A stretch of 64,000 nt of DNA. Source: Hyalangium minutum (GTDB lineage Bacteria > Myxococcota > Myxococcia > Myxococcales > Myxococcaceae). Numbering within the stretch: the stretch's first letter is position 1; each line of letters opens with the position of its first letter. The notes below the pieces were generated by a model. It made no database searches, had not been told where the DNA came from, and worked only from the letters and a program-made list of their open reading frames with translations. Positions 17,116 to 26,405 of this stretch are shown piece by piece. The translations under genes were made by a program, and so were the position numbers. The stretch spans positions 1-64,000 of the forward strand of contig NZ_JMCB01000026.1 in NCBI RefSeq assembly GCF_000737315.1. The letters run 5' to 3'.

Positions 17116-17982
17116 ATGACTCAACAACGAGACAGTGTGGAACGCCGTCTGGGACGGGTCATCGACCTTCCCGCTCCCATGCCGGGGCAGTTCGGGCCCG
17201 CGCACACAGTGGTGCCGATCATCTCCCCGGAGAACTACGCCTTGTCCGATCCGTTCATCTTGTTGATGGATGACCGGATCGACGGCAAGCCCGTGGCCGG
17301 GCCTCACCCTCACGCTGGCTTCGAGACGGTCACGCTGATGGTGAAGGGCGGGCTGGTCCACGACAGCGGCAAGTTGGCCGAGCGCGACGTGCAGTGGATG
17401 ACGGCGGGAAGCGGGGTCATCCACGGCGAAGGACTGGATGGCGGGATTGCCCAGGCCCGGGTCCTCCAACTGTGGCTGACGCTGCCCAAGGCGCAGCGCT
17501 GGGCTCCCCCGAGCTACCAGGACATCCCCTACGCGGAGCTTCCAGTCCGGCGCGAGCCGGGGGTGGAGGTGCGGCTCTACAGCGGCAGCTCGGGGCCGGT
17601 GCGGTCACCGACGAAGAACTATGTGCCGGTCACCTTCGCCGAGTTCCTGCTCGAGCCGGGTGCAAGCATTCAGCAGGACCTGCCCCGCTCGTACAACGGC
17701 TTCTTCTACGTGCTGGACGGCGAGATCACCGTGGGCCCGGACGCCCGGGCGCTGCGGCCGGGCCAGGTGGGTTGGCTGGATCGTCCGGAGGGCCCTGGGG
17801 ACAGCTCGCTCCGCATCGCCGGAGCCGGCACCACCCGGGCGCGGGTGCTGCTGTACGCCGGGCAGCCCCAGAGGGAGCCGCTCGTGAGCTGGGGACCGTT
17901 CATCGGGGACACCCAAGCGGACATCATGAGGGTCATGAACGAGTACCGCTCCGGCCGCTACGGTCCCCCACCCCCGCGGTAG
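17116..17982 (+). CDS. Pirin family protein
   Basis: HPHAGFETVT, QWMTAGSGVIHGE, LQLWL, C-terminal GPFI. Start at 17080 or 17116. Confidence 0.92.
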   Translation: MTQQRDSVERRLGRVIDLPAPMPGQFGPAHTVVPIISPENYALSDPFILLMDDRIDGKPVAGPHPHAGFETVTLMVKGGLVHDSGKLAERDVQWMTAGSGVIHGEGLDGGIAQARVLQLWLTLPKAQRWAPPSYQDIPYAELPVRREPGVEVRLYSGSSGPVRSPTKNYVPVTFAEFLLEPGASIQQDLPRSYNGFFYVLDGEITVGPDARALRPGQVGWLDRPEGPGDSSLRIAGAGTTRARVLLYAGQPQREPLVSWGPFIGDTQADIMRVMNEYRSGRYGPPPPR

Positions 17983-18006
17983 AGGACTTGCCGCGCGCTT
18001 CAGTGC

Positions 18007-18672
18007 TCAGCGCTTGCGGCCCTTGGGGCTCTTGGCGCGCGCCGGAGCCTTCCCATAGAGCTGCTGGTAGTCCTTCATGCTGCGGCGGATGACCTCGAGC
18101 GCCTCGGGCCGATCGTACACCTCGGCGATCTCCACCTGGCGCTTCCCCTCGCCGGGGATCTGCTTGTACGTGAGGAAGTAGTGCTTGAGCCGGTCCACCA
18201 TGGCGCGAGGGCTCTGCGCCAGGTGCTGCACCTCGCCATACGCGAGGTCCGACTCCAGCACGGCGATGATCTTGTCGTCGGCCTCCTTGCCGTCGATCAT
18301 CCGCAGCCCGCCGATGGGCACCGCGCGCACCAGCAGGTTGCCGCTGGTGATGACCTTCTCCGTCAGCACGCAGATGTCCATCGGGTCGCCATCGCCCTGG
18401 ATGTCCTTGTGGCCAGTGCGCTCGGCAGCGCGCTTGGCCACCTGCGGGCCGCAGAACGTCCGCGGGATGAAGCCGTAGGGCGTGGGGCACTGGCTGGAGA
18501 ACTGCTGGGGCCGGTCCAGCCGGAGGATGCCCGTCTCCTTGTCCAGCTCGTACTTCACCGCGTCCGTGGGGACGAGCTCGATGAACGCGGTGACGGTCTG
18601 CGGCGCGTCCTCGCCGGGGCTCACGCCGTGCCACGGGTGCGCCTGGAATGCATGCCACTGGGGCTTCTTCAT
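18007..18672 (-). CDS. ppa: Inorganic pyrophosphatase (family I)
   Basis: HPWHG, VKYELDK, YGFIPRT, DGDPMDI, DDKII and YK motifs. Confidence 0.95.
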   Translation of the reverse strand: MKKPQWHAFQAHPWHGVSPGEDAPQTVTAFIELVPTDAVKYELDKETGILRLDRPQQFSSQCPTPYGFIPRTFCGPQVAKRAAERTGHKDIQGDGDPMDICVLTEKVITSGNLLVRAVPIGGLRMIDGKEADDKIIAVLESDLAYGEVQHLAQSPRAMVDRLKHYFLTYKQIPGEGKRQVEIAEVYDRPEALEVIRRSMKDYQQLYGKAPARAKSPKGRKR

Positions 18673-18703
18673 GGTGTGTCTCCGAGGGCTTTCAAACAGG
18701 GGC

Positions 18704-19708
18704 TCACACGAACTCGTGAGCGGGGAAGAGCAGGACGTCCGCGATGGAGGGGACGCCCATCAACAGCATCAGAATGCGATCGAGCCCCACGGCGATGCCC
18801 GCGGAGGGCGGCATGCGCCCCACGGCCTCCAGGAAGCGCTCGTCCAACGGATAGACGGGGCGGCCCAGGGACTTGCGCAGCGCCTGCTCCTCCGTGAGCC
18901 GCGCGCGCTGCTCCACCGCGTCCGTCAGCTCGGAGAAGCCGTTGGCCAGCTCCAGGCCCTTCACGTAGAGCTCCACGCGCTCGGCCACCGACGGGTCCCC
19001 GGGCTTCAGCCGGGACAGGGAGGCCATGGAGGCGGGGTACTCGATGAGGAAGGTGGGCCGCTCGTGCCCCAGCCCGCGCTCCACCTTCTGCAGGAAGAGG
19101 TGGAAGAAGACGTCATCGAACTGGGTGGAATCCCCGGTGCGCACGCCCGCAGCCTCGGCGGCGCGCTTGAGCGAGGGCCCATCCGGGCAGGCGCGCAAGT
19201 CCACGCCGGTGGCACGCAGCACGGCGTCCCGCACGGTGATGCGCTCGTAGGGCAGCCGGGTGAAGAAGGCCGGGTCCGCCCCGGGCTCGCCGCCCGTCAC
19301 CGAGCGTCCTGCCTCCGCCAGCGCCTGCTCCAGCTCCTCCATGATGGCGTGATAGTCCGCATGGGGCCGGTAGAACTCCAGCAGGGTGAACTCGGGGTTG
19401 TGCGTGGCCGACACCTCGCCGTTCCGGAACACCTTGCACAGCTGGAAGAGGGGCCCGGCTCCGTCCGCCAGCAGACGCTTCATCGCGTACTCGGGGCTGG
19501 AGTGCAGGTAGAGCACGCGCGGGCGGCCCACGTCCGTCTCCGGGACGAACGGCGTCTCGAAGACGTTGATGTGCGGCTCCATGCCCGGCGCGGGGACCAT
19601 CAACGGAGTCTCCACCTCCAGGTAACCACGACCGGTGAAGAAGCGGCGGAGAGCGGCTTGGAGGGACTGGCGGCCCGCGGCCGCTCGCCATCGAACAGAA
19701 TCAGGCAT
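18704..19708 (-). CDS. epmA: EF-P lysine aminoacylase (GenX/PoxA)
   Basis: LysRS catalytic domain without anticodon domain: SPEYAMKRLLA, FRNGE...HNPEFTLLEFY, ERVELY..GLELANGFSEL, GIAVGLDR. Confidence 0.92.
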   Translation of the reverse strand: MPDSVRWRAAAGRQSLQAALRRFFTGRGYLEVETPLMVPAPGMEPHINVFETPFVPETDVGRPRVLYLHSSPEYAMKRLLADGAGPLFQLCKVFRNGEVSATHNPEFTLLEFYRPHADYHAIMEELEQALAEAGRSVTGGEPGADPAFFTRLPYERITVRDAVLRATGVDLRACPDGPSLKRAAEAAGVRTGDSTQFDDVFFHLFLQKVERGLGHERPTFLIEYPASMASLSRLKPGDPSVAERVELYVKGLELANGFSELTDAVEQRARLTEEQALRKSLGRPVYPLDERFLEAVGRMPPSAGIAVGLDRILMLLMGVPSIADVLLFPAHEFV

Positions 19709-19767
19709 GGGCGCGCGGAAGTTACATGGGCGACCCAGGCTCCCCAAGCGGATACATTGCGCCCCTC

Positions 19768-21447
19768 ATGTCTCCACGGGCCCTGCTCCTCGCCACCGCC
19801 GTCCTCAGCCTCACCGCCTGTCCCAAGGCGCTGCCCCCGCAGCCTCCGGCCGTGAACCCGGAGGCGCAGCGGCTCACCGCCGAGGTGAAGGAGCTGTCCG
19901 CCCAGTCCCAGGCGCTGCTGGAGACCCAGAACCGGCTCATCTGGGACTTGTGGACGGAGGGCAAGCCGGTGGACATCGCCGCCACCTACCGGGGCAAGGA
20001 AGCGCTCTTCTCCGTCGAGAATGTCCGGAAGATCGATCGGCTGCGGCAGCTCACCTCGGATGCGCGCGAGGTGCGGGCGCTCACGGCGCTCCAGTCGCAC
20101 GTGGCGGGCGAGTACCTGGCGCGCGAGCTGGCCGAGGCCAATGACGCCATCGCCAACCTGGAGGCCTCGCTCACCTTCACGGTGGACGGCCGCGAGGTGC
20201 GCTACCGGGAGCTGGAGCGCCTGCTGGCCAACGAGAAGAGCGCGGTGAGGCGCAAGGCCCTGTACACCGCCGCAGTGCCAGCCATCGAGCGGCTGAGCCA
20301 GTCCCTGCGCCGCCGCGAGGAGCGCACCGTCGAGCTGGTGAAGGAGCTGGGCTATGCCTCGTACGAGGCCTTCGGCGCGGAGCTGCGGCAGGCGGACCTG
20401 TCGCGGCTGAGCGTGCTGGCGGAGGAGATCCTGCAGGCCACCCAGGAGCCATACCGCACGGTGATGGAGCGGCTGTCCCAGCGAGAGCTGAACATGCCCT
20501 TCGCCAACATCACCCGGGCGGACATTCCCCGGCTGTTCCGCGCGCGCGAGGTGGAGGATGCGTTTCCCAAGCAGGAGTCCATGCTCCGGGTGCACGCCTC
20601 GCTGCAGGGCCTGGGCATCGATCTGACGGAGATGCCCAACATCCTGATCGACGCGAGAGACGTGCCGCGCAAGAACCCGCGCCCGCTGACGCTGCCCATC
20701 GAGGTGCCGGGGGACGTGCGGCTGTCGGAGAAGCCCGCGTCCGGGGTGCTGCACCAGGGGCGGCTGATGCACGAGGTGGGGCACGCGCTGCACTACGGCT
20801 TCACGCGCGAGCAGCGCTTCGAGCTGGCGCGGCTGGGCAACCCCACGGTGGGCGAAGTGTACGCGGCGCTGATGGAGGATCTACTGGAGGATCCGGTGTG
20901 GCTGGAGGAGCACGCGGGGGTGAGCGGAGACCAGCGCGCGCAGTACCTGGCGGCCTCGAGCGCGCACAAGCTGTTCCTCATCCGCCGCGCGGCCGGGCGG
21001 CTGCTGTACCAGCTGGAGCTGCACCGCCGCGAGGGCGCGGACGCGAAGGAGCTCTACAAGGCCATCATGGAGCGCACGGACGCCATCCCGATGAAGCCGG
21101 AGGACGAGGCGCGCTACCAGGTGGACCAGGAGGACTTCTTCCAGTCGGCGGACAACTTCCGGGCGTGGTTCCTGGCCGGGCAGCTCCAGGGGCAGCTCAA
21201 GGCGCGCTTCGGCCCGGCGTGGTGGCGGAGCCCGGAGGCGGGCGCGTTCCTCAAGCAGCTGTGGAGCCATGGCAACGCGCTGTCCGCCCGGGAGGTGGCA
21301 CAGGCCATCGGCGAGCACGGCATCGAGCCGGACGTGCTCCTGCTCCGCCTGGGCACCACGCTCCAGGTTCCCATCAAGCTGGACGCGAAGCCGTCCGAGG
21401 AGCCCACGCCCCCCACTCAGGAAGACTCGAAGAGTGAACCCCATTGA
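19768..21447 (+). CDS. Lipoprotein zinc metallopeptidase (M3/M2-like gluzincin)
   Basis: LTA-C lipobox; LMHEVGHALH zinc motif with downstream EVYA; helical protein. Confidence 0.75.
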   Translation: MSPRALLLATAVLSLTACPKALPPQPPAVNPEAQRLTAEVKELSAQSQALLETQNRLIWDLWTEGKPVDIAATYRGKEALFSVENVRKIDRLRQLTSDAREVRALTALQSHVAGEYLARELAEANDAIANLEASLTFTVDGREVRYRELERLLANEKSAVRRKALYTAAVPAIERLSQSLRRREERTVELVKELGYASYEAFGAELRQADLSRLSVLAEEILQATQEPYRTVMERLSQRELNMPFANITRADIPRLFRAREVEDAFPKQESMLRVHASLQGLGIDLTEMPNILIDARDVPRKNPRPLTLPIEVPGDVRLSEKPASGVLHQGRLMHEVGHALHYGFTREQRFELARLGNPTVGEVYAALMEDLLEDPVWLEEHAGVSGDQRAQYLAASSAHKLFLIRRAAGRLLYQLELHRREGADAKELYKAIMERTDAIPMKPEDEARYQVDQEDFFQSADNFRAWFLAGQLQGQLKARFGPAWWRSPEAGAFLKQLWSHGNALSAREVAQAIGEHGIEPDVLLLRLGTTLQVPIKLDAKPSEEPTPPTQEDSKSEPH

Positions 21448-22135
21448 TCAACTGAAGCAGGGGCTGCTGGTGGTCATCTTCGCTGGCATGGGGTGCTTCC
21501 CGTCCAAACCCATCGAAGGTGTTTGGCAACCTGCCGCCGGGAGCAAGGCGGATCACATCTCAGGCCCCTTCTCGGCACCCGCAGGGGACGACACCTCCAT
21601 CGTTTTTCCTCCATTCTTCGCGCAGAAGGCTGTCGCTGTAGGCTCTAGCACCGCGCCTGTTGAGCTCGATGGCGAGCTGCTCCGCGCACTGATGATCGCG
21701 GCCAACGACTTCTCTCCCCCAGGCGCCCCGGATCCATCTTGTTGGAATCGCCAGGAGTCCAACTCCTACCGAGTCCTCCGCCAAGGCCCCATCATCTTTG
21801 TCCACGTGCGCAAGAATCCACAGCACTGTGGTCTCTCCTGGAGGTTGTTTGACTCGGGCGCGAAGTACGCCATCAGCGCTCAGGGCCAGATCCTCCGGCG
21901 CATCGTCGACGGTCAACCCACCCAACCCCTGGGCCCTTTCCAGGAGGACGGAGGCTCCATCGGAGAGTGGGCAGAGCCCGGCACCCTGCCAGAGCCTGAT
22001 GCGTCCACGCCCTCCACCCCTCTGCCAGCCCCCCACCCCTTGTGGGATGGGGGTACCCGCGCCGACCCATCCGAACCTCCGCCGCCGGTCCTGCCCAGCC
22101 AGCCCCAACCAGCGGCCTCGCCTATCCCGCCTTAG
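21434..22135 (+). CDS. Hypothetical lipoprotein of a myxobacterial family, with Pro-rich tail
   Basis: GTG 21434 overlaps the upstream gene; LLVVIFAGMG-C; core ELDG..LRALMIAANDF...SGAKYAIS..G.ILRR..DGQP resembles a recurrent myxobacterial family (recalled). Confidence 0.65.
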   Translation: MNPIDQLKQGLLVVIFAGMGCFPSKPIEGVWQPAAGSKADHISGPFSAPAGDDTSIVFPPFFAQKAVAVGSSTAPVELDGELLRALMIAANDFSPPGAPDPSCWNRQESNSYRVLRQGPIIFVHVRKNPQHCGLSWRLFDSGAKYAISAQGQILRRIVDGQPTQPLGPFQEDGGSIGEWAEPGTLPEPDASTPSTPLPAPHPLWDGGTRADPSEPPPPVLPSQPQPAASPIPP

Positions 22136-22252
22136 CTGCCTCCGCCTCCCGCGCCGGGCCCCTGATCGTCCTGCTTCAAGCAGTTGCCAGCCCTGGACGC
22201 CTTTCTGCTTCTCCCCTCCTCGCTTCCGCCGCATCCTCGTTGCCCGATACAG

Positions 22253-23752
22253 ATGATCGAGAACAAACCTCTACAAACCGAGCGCCTCCCCACGGGCGTT
22301 CCCGGCCTCGACACCCTCTTGCACGGAGGCTTCGTGCAGGGCGGCGTCTACATGTTGCTGGGCATGCCGGGCGCGGGGAAGACCATCCTGGCCAACCAGG
22401 TGTGCTTCCACCACGTGCGCCAGGGCGGCCGGGCGCTCTACGTCACCCTGCTCGCCGAGTCCCACACGCGGATGATCGGCAACATGCGCGTCCTGGGATT
22501 CTTCGATCCCTCGCAGATCGCCGACTCCCTGGCGTACCTGAGCGCCTACTCCGTGCTCGAGGAGGGAGGCCTGGACGCGTTGCTGGACTTGCTCCGCCGC
22601 GAGATGAAGTCGCACCGGGCCTCGCTGCTCATCCTCGACGGGCTGGTGGCGGCCGAGGAGCTGGCGCCCACCGAGCGCGCCTTCAAGAAGTTCATCCACG
22701 GCCTCCAGGTCATCATCGGGCTGATGGGCTGCACCACCCTGCTGCTCACCACGGGCGGAGGCCTAGGCCTCAAGGCCGAGCACACCATGGTGGACGGCCT
22801 GATCGTCTTGCGTGAGCGCACCTACGGCGTCAGGTCCGCGCGCCAGCTGACCATCCGCAAGTTCCGCGGCAGCGGCCACTACCGTGGCGTGCACAGCTTC
22901 GACATCACCCCCCGGGGCATCGTCGTTTACCCCCGGCTCGAGGCGATGGTGCAGGAAGGAGGCCTTCCGGATCCGCCCTCGGGGGGCCGCATGGGCTTTG
23001 GCATCGCCGGCCTGGACGCCATGCTCCACGGCGGCATCTTCCAGGGCTCCACCACCATGCTCCTGGGCTCGTCCGGCAGCGGGAAGTCCCTGATGGGCAT
23101 CCACTTCCTCGCGGAAGGCGCCCGCCGGGGCGAGCTCAGCCACTACTTCGCCTTCTACGACTCGCCGCAGCGGGTGCTGGCGCAGACCGACGGCGTGGGG
23201 CTCGACCTGCGGCCCCTCCTCGCGAAGGGGCACCTCGAGCTGAGCTTCCGGCCCCCCGCGGAGCAGCGCATCGATGCCATCGGGAGCGAGCTGCTCGCGC
23301 TGATCCGTGAGCACAAGGTCCGCCGTATCTTCCTGGACGGCTTCGATGCCTTGAGCAAGGCCGTCGTCCACCGCGATCGCGCCGCCCGCTTCATGGCCGC
23401 ACTCGTCAACGAGTGCCGCGCCCGGGGCGTCACCCTGGTGTTCACGGCCGAGACGGAGTCGGTGTTCGGCATCGACCTGACCCTCCCGGTACGGGGCGTC
23501 TCCATGCTCTGCGAGAACCTCTTCTTCCTCCGAAGCGTGGAGGTCCGCGCGGAGCTGCGGCGCTTCATCTCCATCCTGAAGCTGCGCACCAGTGGCTATG
23601 ATCCCGCCCTGCGCGAGATCGTCATCAACGACAGCGGCGTTCAGATTGGTGAACCCATCGACAACGCCCAGCTGTTGATGTCGGGCCTGTCCCTGGAGTC
23701 CTCCCTCCAGCGCGCGCCTCGCAAGCGCCGGCCGAAGCTCCGAGGCAAGTAG
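22253..23752 (+). CDS. KaiC/RAD55-like double-domain ATPase
   Basis: TGVPGLD...GMPGAGKT and GIAGLD...GSSGSGKS; ILDG/FLDG Walker B; RQLTIRKFRGS and RRFISILKLRTS. Confidence 0.9.
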   Translation: MIENKPLQTERLPTGVPGLDTLLHGGFVQGGVYMLLGMPGAGKTILANQVCFHHVRQGGRALYVTLLAESHTRMIGNMRVLGFFDPSQIADSLAYLSAYSVLEEGGLDALLDLLRREMKSHRASLLILDGLVAAEELAPTERAFKKFIHGLQVIIGLMGCTTLLLTTGGGLGLKAEHTMVDGLIVLRERTYGVRSARQLTIRKFRGSGHYRGVHSFDITPRGIVVYPRLEAMVQEGGLPDPPSGGRMGFGIAGLDAMLHGGIFQGSTTMLLGSSGSGKSLMGIHFLAEGARRGELSHYFAFYDSPQRVLAQTDGVGLDLRPLLAKGHLELSFRPPAEQRIDAIGSELLALIREHKVRRIFLDGFDALSKAVVHRDRAARFMAALVNECRARGVTLVFTAETESVFGIDLTLPVRGVSMLCENLFFLRSVEVRAELRRFISILKLRTSGYDPALREIVINDSGVQIGEPIDNAQLLMSGLSLESSLQRAPRKRRPKLRGK

Positions 23753-23754
23753 GT

Positions 23755-24120
23755 ATGGGGCCCATCCTCATCGTCGATGACGAGTTCGGCATCGTCGAAG
23801 CCCTCGAGGGCTTCCTCCAGGACGAGGGCTATCGCACCGCCACGGCCCTCAACGGCCAGCAGGCCCTGGAGAAGATGAGAGCGGAGCGCCCGGCGCTGGT
23901 GCTGCTCGACTACATGCTGCCGGTGCTCAACGGCCCTGCCGTGCTGGAGGCCATGAAGGCCGATCCGCAGCTGCGCGACGTTCCCGTGGTGCTCATGAGC
24001 GCCAGCCCGCCGAAGCTGTGGCGGCACCTGCCCGCCCAGGAGTTCCTCCCCAAGCCCTTCGGGCTGGCCCCGCTCGTTTCGATCGTGCGACGCTACGTAG
24101 GTGAGCCTCCTGCGCACTGA
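23755..24120 (+). CDS. Single-domain response regulator (receiver)
   Basis: ILIVDDE, VLLDYMLP, LMSA, LPKP; starts 2 nt after the ATPase stop. Confidence 0.92.
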   Translation: MGPILIVDDEFGIVEALEGFLQDEGYRTATALNGQQALEKMRAERPALVLLDYMLPVLNGPAVLEAMKADPQLRDVPVVLMSASPPKLWRHLPAQEFLPKPFGLAPLVSIVRRYVGEPPAH

Positions 24121-24152
24121 GCACAGGAGGTTCAATCCCCCGAGGAGCCATC

Positions 24153-25421
24153 ATGTTGAAAAAGTGGATGAAGAACCTGCTGGTGCTGGTGGGCCTGTCG
24201 GCACTGGTGCTCACGGCGCCGCAGGCGGGCGCGGGAACGCTGGACGGCAACAGCCAGGACGTGCTGCTGCAGGGCTTCCACTGGTACTCGTACCAGACGT
24301 ACCCGTGGTGGGGCGTCATCCAGAACAACGCGGCGAACATCAAGAACGCCGGGTTCACCATGGTGTGGCTGCCGCCGCCGAGCGACGCCGCCTCCAACGA
24401 GGGCTACCTGCCGCGCCGGCTGGAGCTGCTGGACAGCAAGTACGGCACGCAGGCGAACCTGGTGAGCGCGCTGTCCGCGCTGAACAACAACGGGGTGAAG
24501 CCCATCGCGGACATCGTCATCAACCACCGCGTGGGTACCGCCAACTGGGCGGACTTCACCCTGCCCACGTGGGGCGCGGACTCGGTGTGCCGCGGGGACG
24601 AGTGGACGGGCGCCACGGGCAACACGGACACGGGCGATGGCTACAGCGCCGCGCGCGACATCGACCACACGAAGGTCTACGTGCAGGACAGCATCGTCAA
24701 CTGGATGAACACGAAGCTGAAGAGCATCGGGTTCGCCGGGTGGCGGTATGACTACGTGAAGGGCTACAACGGCTCGTACGTGGGCTCGTACAACAGCCGC
24801 ACCGCGCCGTACTTCTCGGTGGGCGAGCTGTGGACGGACCTGGACCTGAACAACCCCAACCCGCACCGTCAGCTCCTCATGAACTGGCTGGACGCGACGG
24901 GCGGCAGGTCGGGCGCGTTCGACTTCACGACGAAGGGCCTGCTGCAGCAGGCGGTGCAGTACAACGAGTTCTGGCGGCTGAAGGACTCGGCGGGGGCTCC
25001 GGCGGGCGCCATCGGCTGGTGGGCGGCCAAGTCCGTCACCTTCATCGACAACCACGACACGGGCCCGAGCACCCCGAGCGGCGGGCAGAACCACTGGCCG
25101 TTCCCGGGGGACAAGATCCTCCAGGGCTACGCGTACATCCTGACGCACCCGGGCATCCCGACGGTGTACTGGGTGCACTACTTCGACTGGGGCACGGCGA
25201 ACCAGGCGGCCATCAAGACGATGATCTCCATCCGCAAGTCGAAGGGCATCCACAGCACCTCGGCGGTGAGCATCCAGGCGGCGGACAGCTCCAAGTACGC
25301 GGCGATCATCACCGGCACCGCGGGCAAGGTGGCGATGAAGCTCGGCAACGGCCCGTGGTCTCCGGGCACGGGCTGGACGCTGGCCACCTCGGGCACCAAC
25401 TACGCCATCTGGACGCAGTAA
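24153..25421 (+). CDS. Secreted alpha-amylase (GH13, plant-type/GH13_6-like)
   Basis: Signal peptide; LLQGFHW, DIVINH, GWRYDYVKG, VGELW, FIDNHDT; C-terminal beta domain (YAAII...KVAMKLG). Confidence 0.92.
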   Translation: MLKKWMKNLLVLVGLSALVLTAPQAGAGTLDGNSQDVLLQGFHWYSYQTYPWWGVIQNNAANIKNAGFTMVWLPPPSDAASNEGYLPRRLELLDSKYGTQANLVSALSALNNNGVKPIADIVINHRVGTANWADFTLPTWGADSVCRGDEWTGATGNTDTGDGYSAARDIDHTKVYVQDSIVNWMNTKLKSIGFAGWRYDYVKGYNGSYVGSYNSRTAPYFSVGELWTDLDLNNPNPHRQLLMNWLDATGGRSGAFDFTTKGLLQQAVQYNEFWRLKDSAGAPAGAIGWWAAKSVTFIDNHDTGPSTPSGGQNHWPFPGDKILQGYAYILTHPGIPTVYWVHYFDWGTANQAAIKTMISIRKSKGIHSTSAVSIQAADSSKYAAIITGTAGKVAMKLGNGPWSPGTGWTLATSGTNYAIWTQ

Positions 25422-25446
25422 CCGGGAGCGGCTCGGGCGCCGGCGA

Positions 25447-26289
25447 TCAGGAGTCCTCCTCCTCGCTGGCGTCCGAAGACTCAGGCTTGCCGCTGAGGAT
25501 GCGGTCGATCTCCGCTTGAGCGGCGGAGGCCTGCTCCGGCGGGAGGCGCTTGGCGGCCTGCATCTGATCGATGATCCAATGGGCGCGCTTCTTGAGCGCC
25601 CTGGAGCCGGACTTGGGTGAGCGCTTCCTCGGGGCAGGCAGCATGGCGGCGAGAATGGCGCCCTGAGCCACGGAGAGGCTCACGGTGGAGACGCCGAAGT
25701 GCTCGCGGGCGCCGGCCTCGAGGCCGTAGACGCCGTCCCCCCACTCCACCACGTTGAGGTACAGGGCGAGGATGCGGCTCTTGGGCAGAGCCTCCTCGAG
25801 GCGGTGGGCGAGGATGAGCTCCTTGGCCTTGCGGAACAGGCTGCGATCCGTGGAGAGCCAGAGGTTCTTGGCGAGCTGCTGGGTGATGGTGGAGGCGCCG
25901 CGGCCGAGCTTGCCCTGCTTCCACGCCTCCTGCATGGCCTTCTCGAGCTCGACGGTGTCGACGCCCTCGTGGAGGTAGAAGCTGGCGTCCTCCGAGGTGA
26001 GCACGGCGTAGACGACGTGCTTGGGGACATTCGACAGGGAGACCCAGTTCTGGCGCCGCCGAGGCTTGCGGCCCGCATCACGGGCCTCGGCCGCGCGCTG
26101 ATCGATGAGGGCCGTGGTCTCCGGGTTCTGCTTCAGCAGGGGCTCCGCGCTGGGGAGCGTGACGTACTCGTAGACGGCGAAGCCCAGCAGCCCCAGCAGC
26201 AGCACCCCCAACACCCGGCGCCGCCAGGGCGAGCGCCGCCTGGCCACCGGGGGATTCACGGCTCCTGGGTCCAACGTGTCACTGCTCAT
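25447..26289 (-). CDS. mtgA: Monofunctional peptidoglycan transglycosylase (GT51)
   Basis: TM anchor; SEDASFYLHEGVD, GASTITQQLAKNL, RKAKE, YLNVVEWG. Confidence 0.92.
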   Translation of the reverse strand: MSSDTLDPGAVNPPVARRRSPWRRRVLGVLLLGLLGFAVYEYVTLPSAEPLLKQNPETTALIDQRAAEARDAGRKPRRRQNWVSLSNVPKHVVYAVLTSEDASFYLHEGVDTVELEKAMQEAWKQGKLGRGASTITQQLAKNLWLSTDRSLFRKAKELILAHRLEEALPKSRILALYLNVVEWGDGVYGLEAGAREHFGVSTVSLSVAQGAILAAMLPAPRKRSPKSGSRALKKRAHWIIDQMQAAKRLPPEQASAAQAEIDRILSGKPESSDASEEEDS

Positions 26290-26405
26290 GCGGGCCCATC
26301 TACCTCGAAACGGACGGCGTGAGCTTCCAAACGCCAGAGGCCCCACCGCTCTTCCAGCGGGGAGGCCTCCGGGCACTCGAAGAGGGGCCTACCGGCCCGC
26401 TCGGG

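Noticed and set aside
18704-19708. Truncated lysyl-tRNA synthetase pseudogene
   Set aside because: Lack of the anticodon domain plus the SPEYAMKRLLA motif is normal for EpmA; unlinked efp/epmB is unremarkable.
22253-23752. Circadian clock locus
   Set aside because: No kaiA or kaiB in the window, and the KaiC phospho-site and EE motifs are altered.
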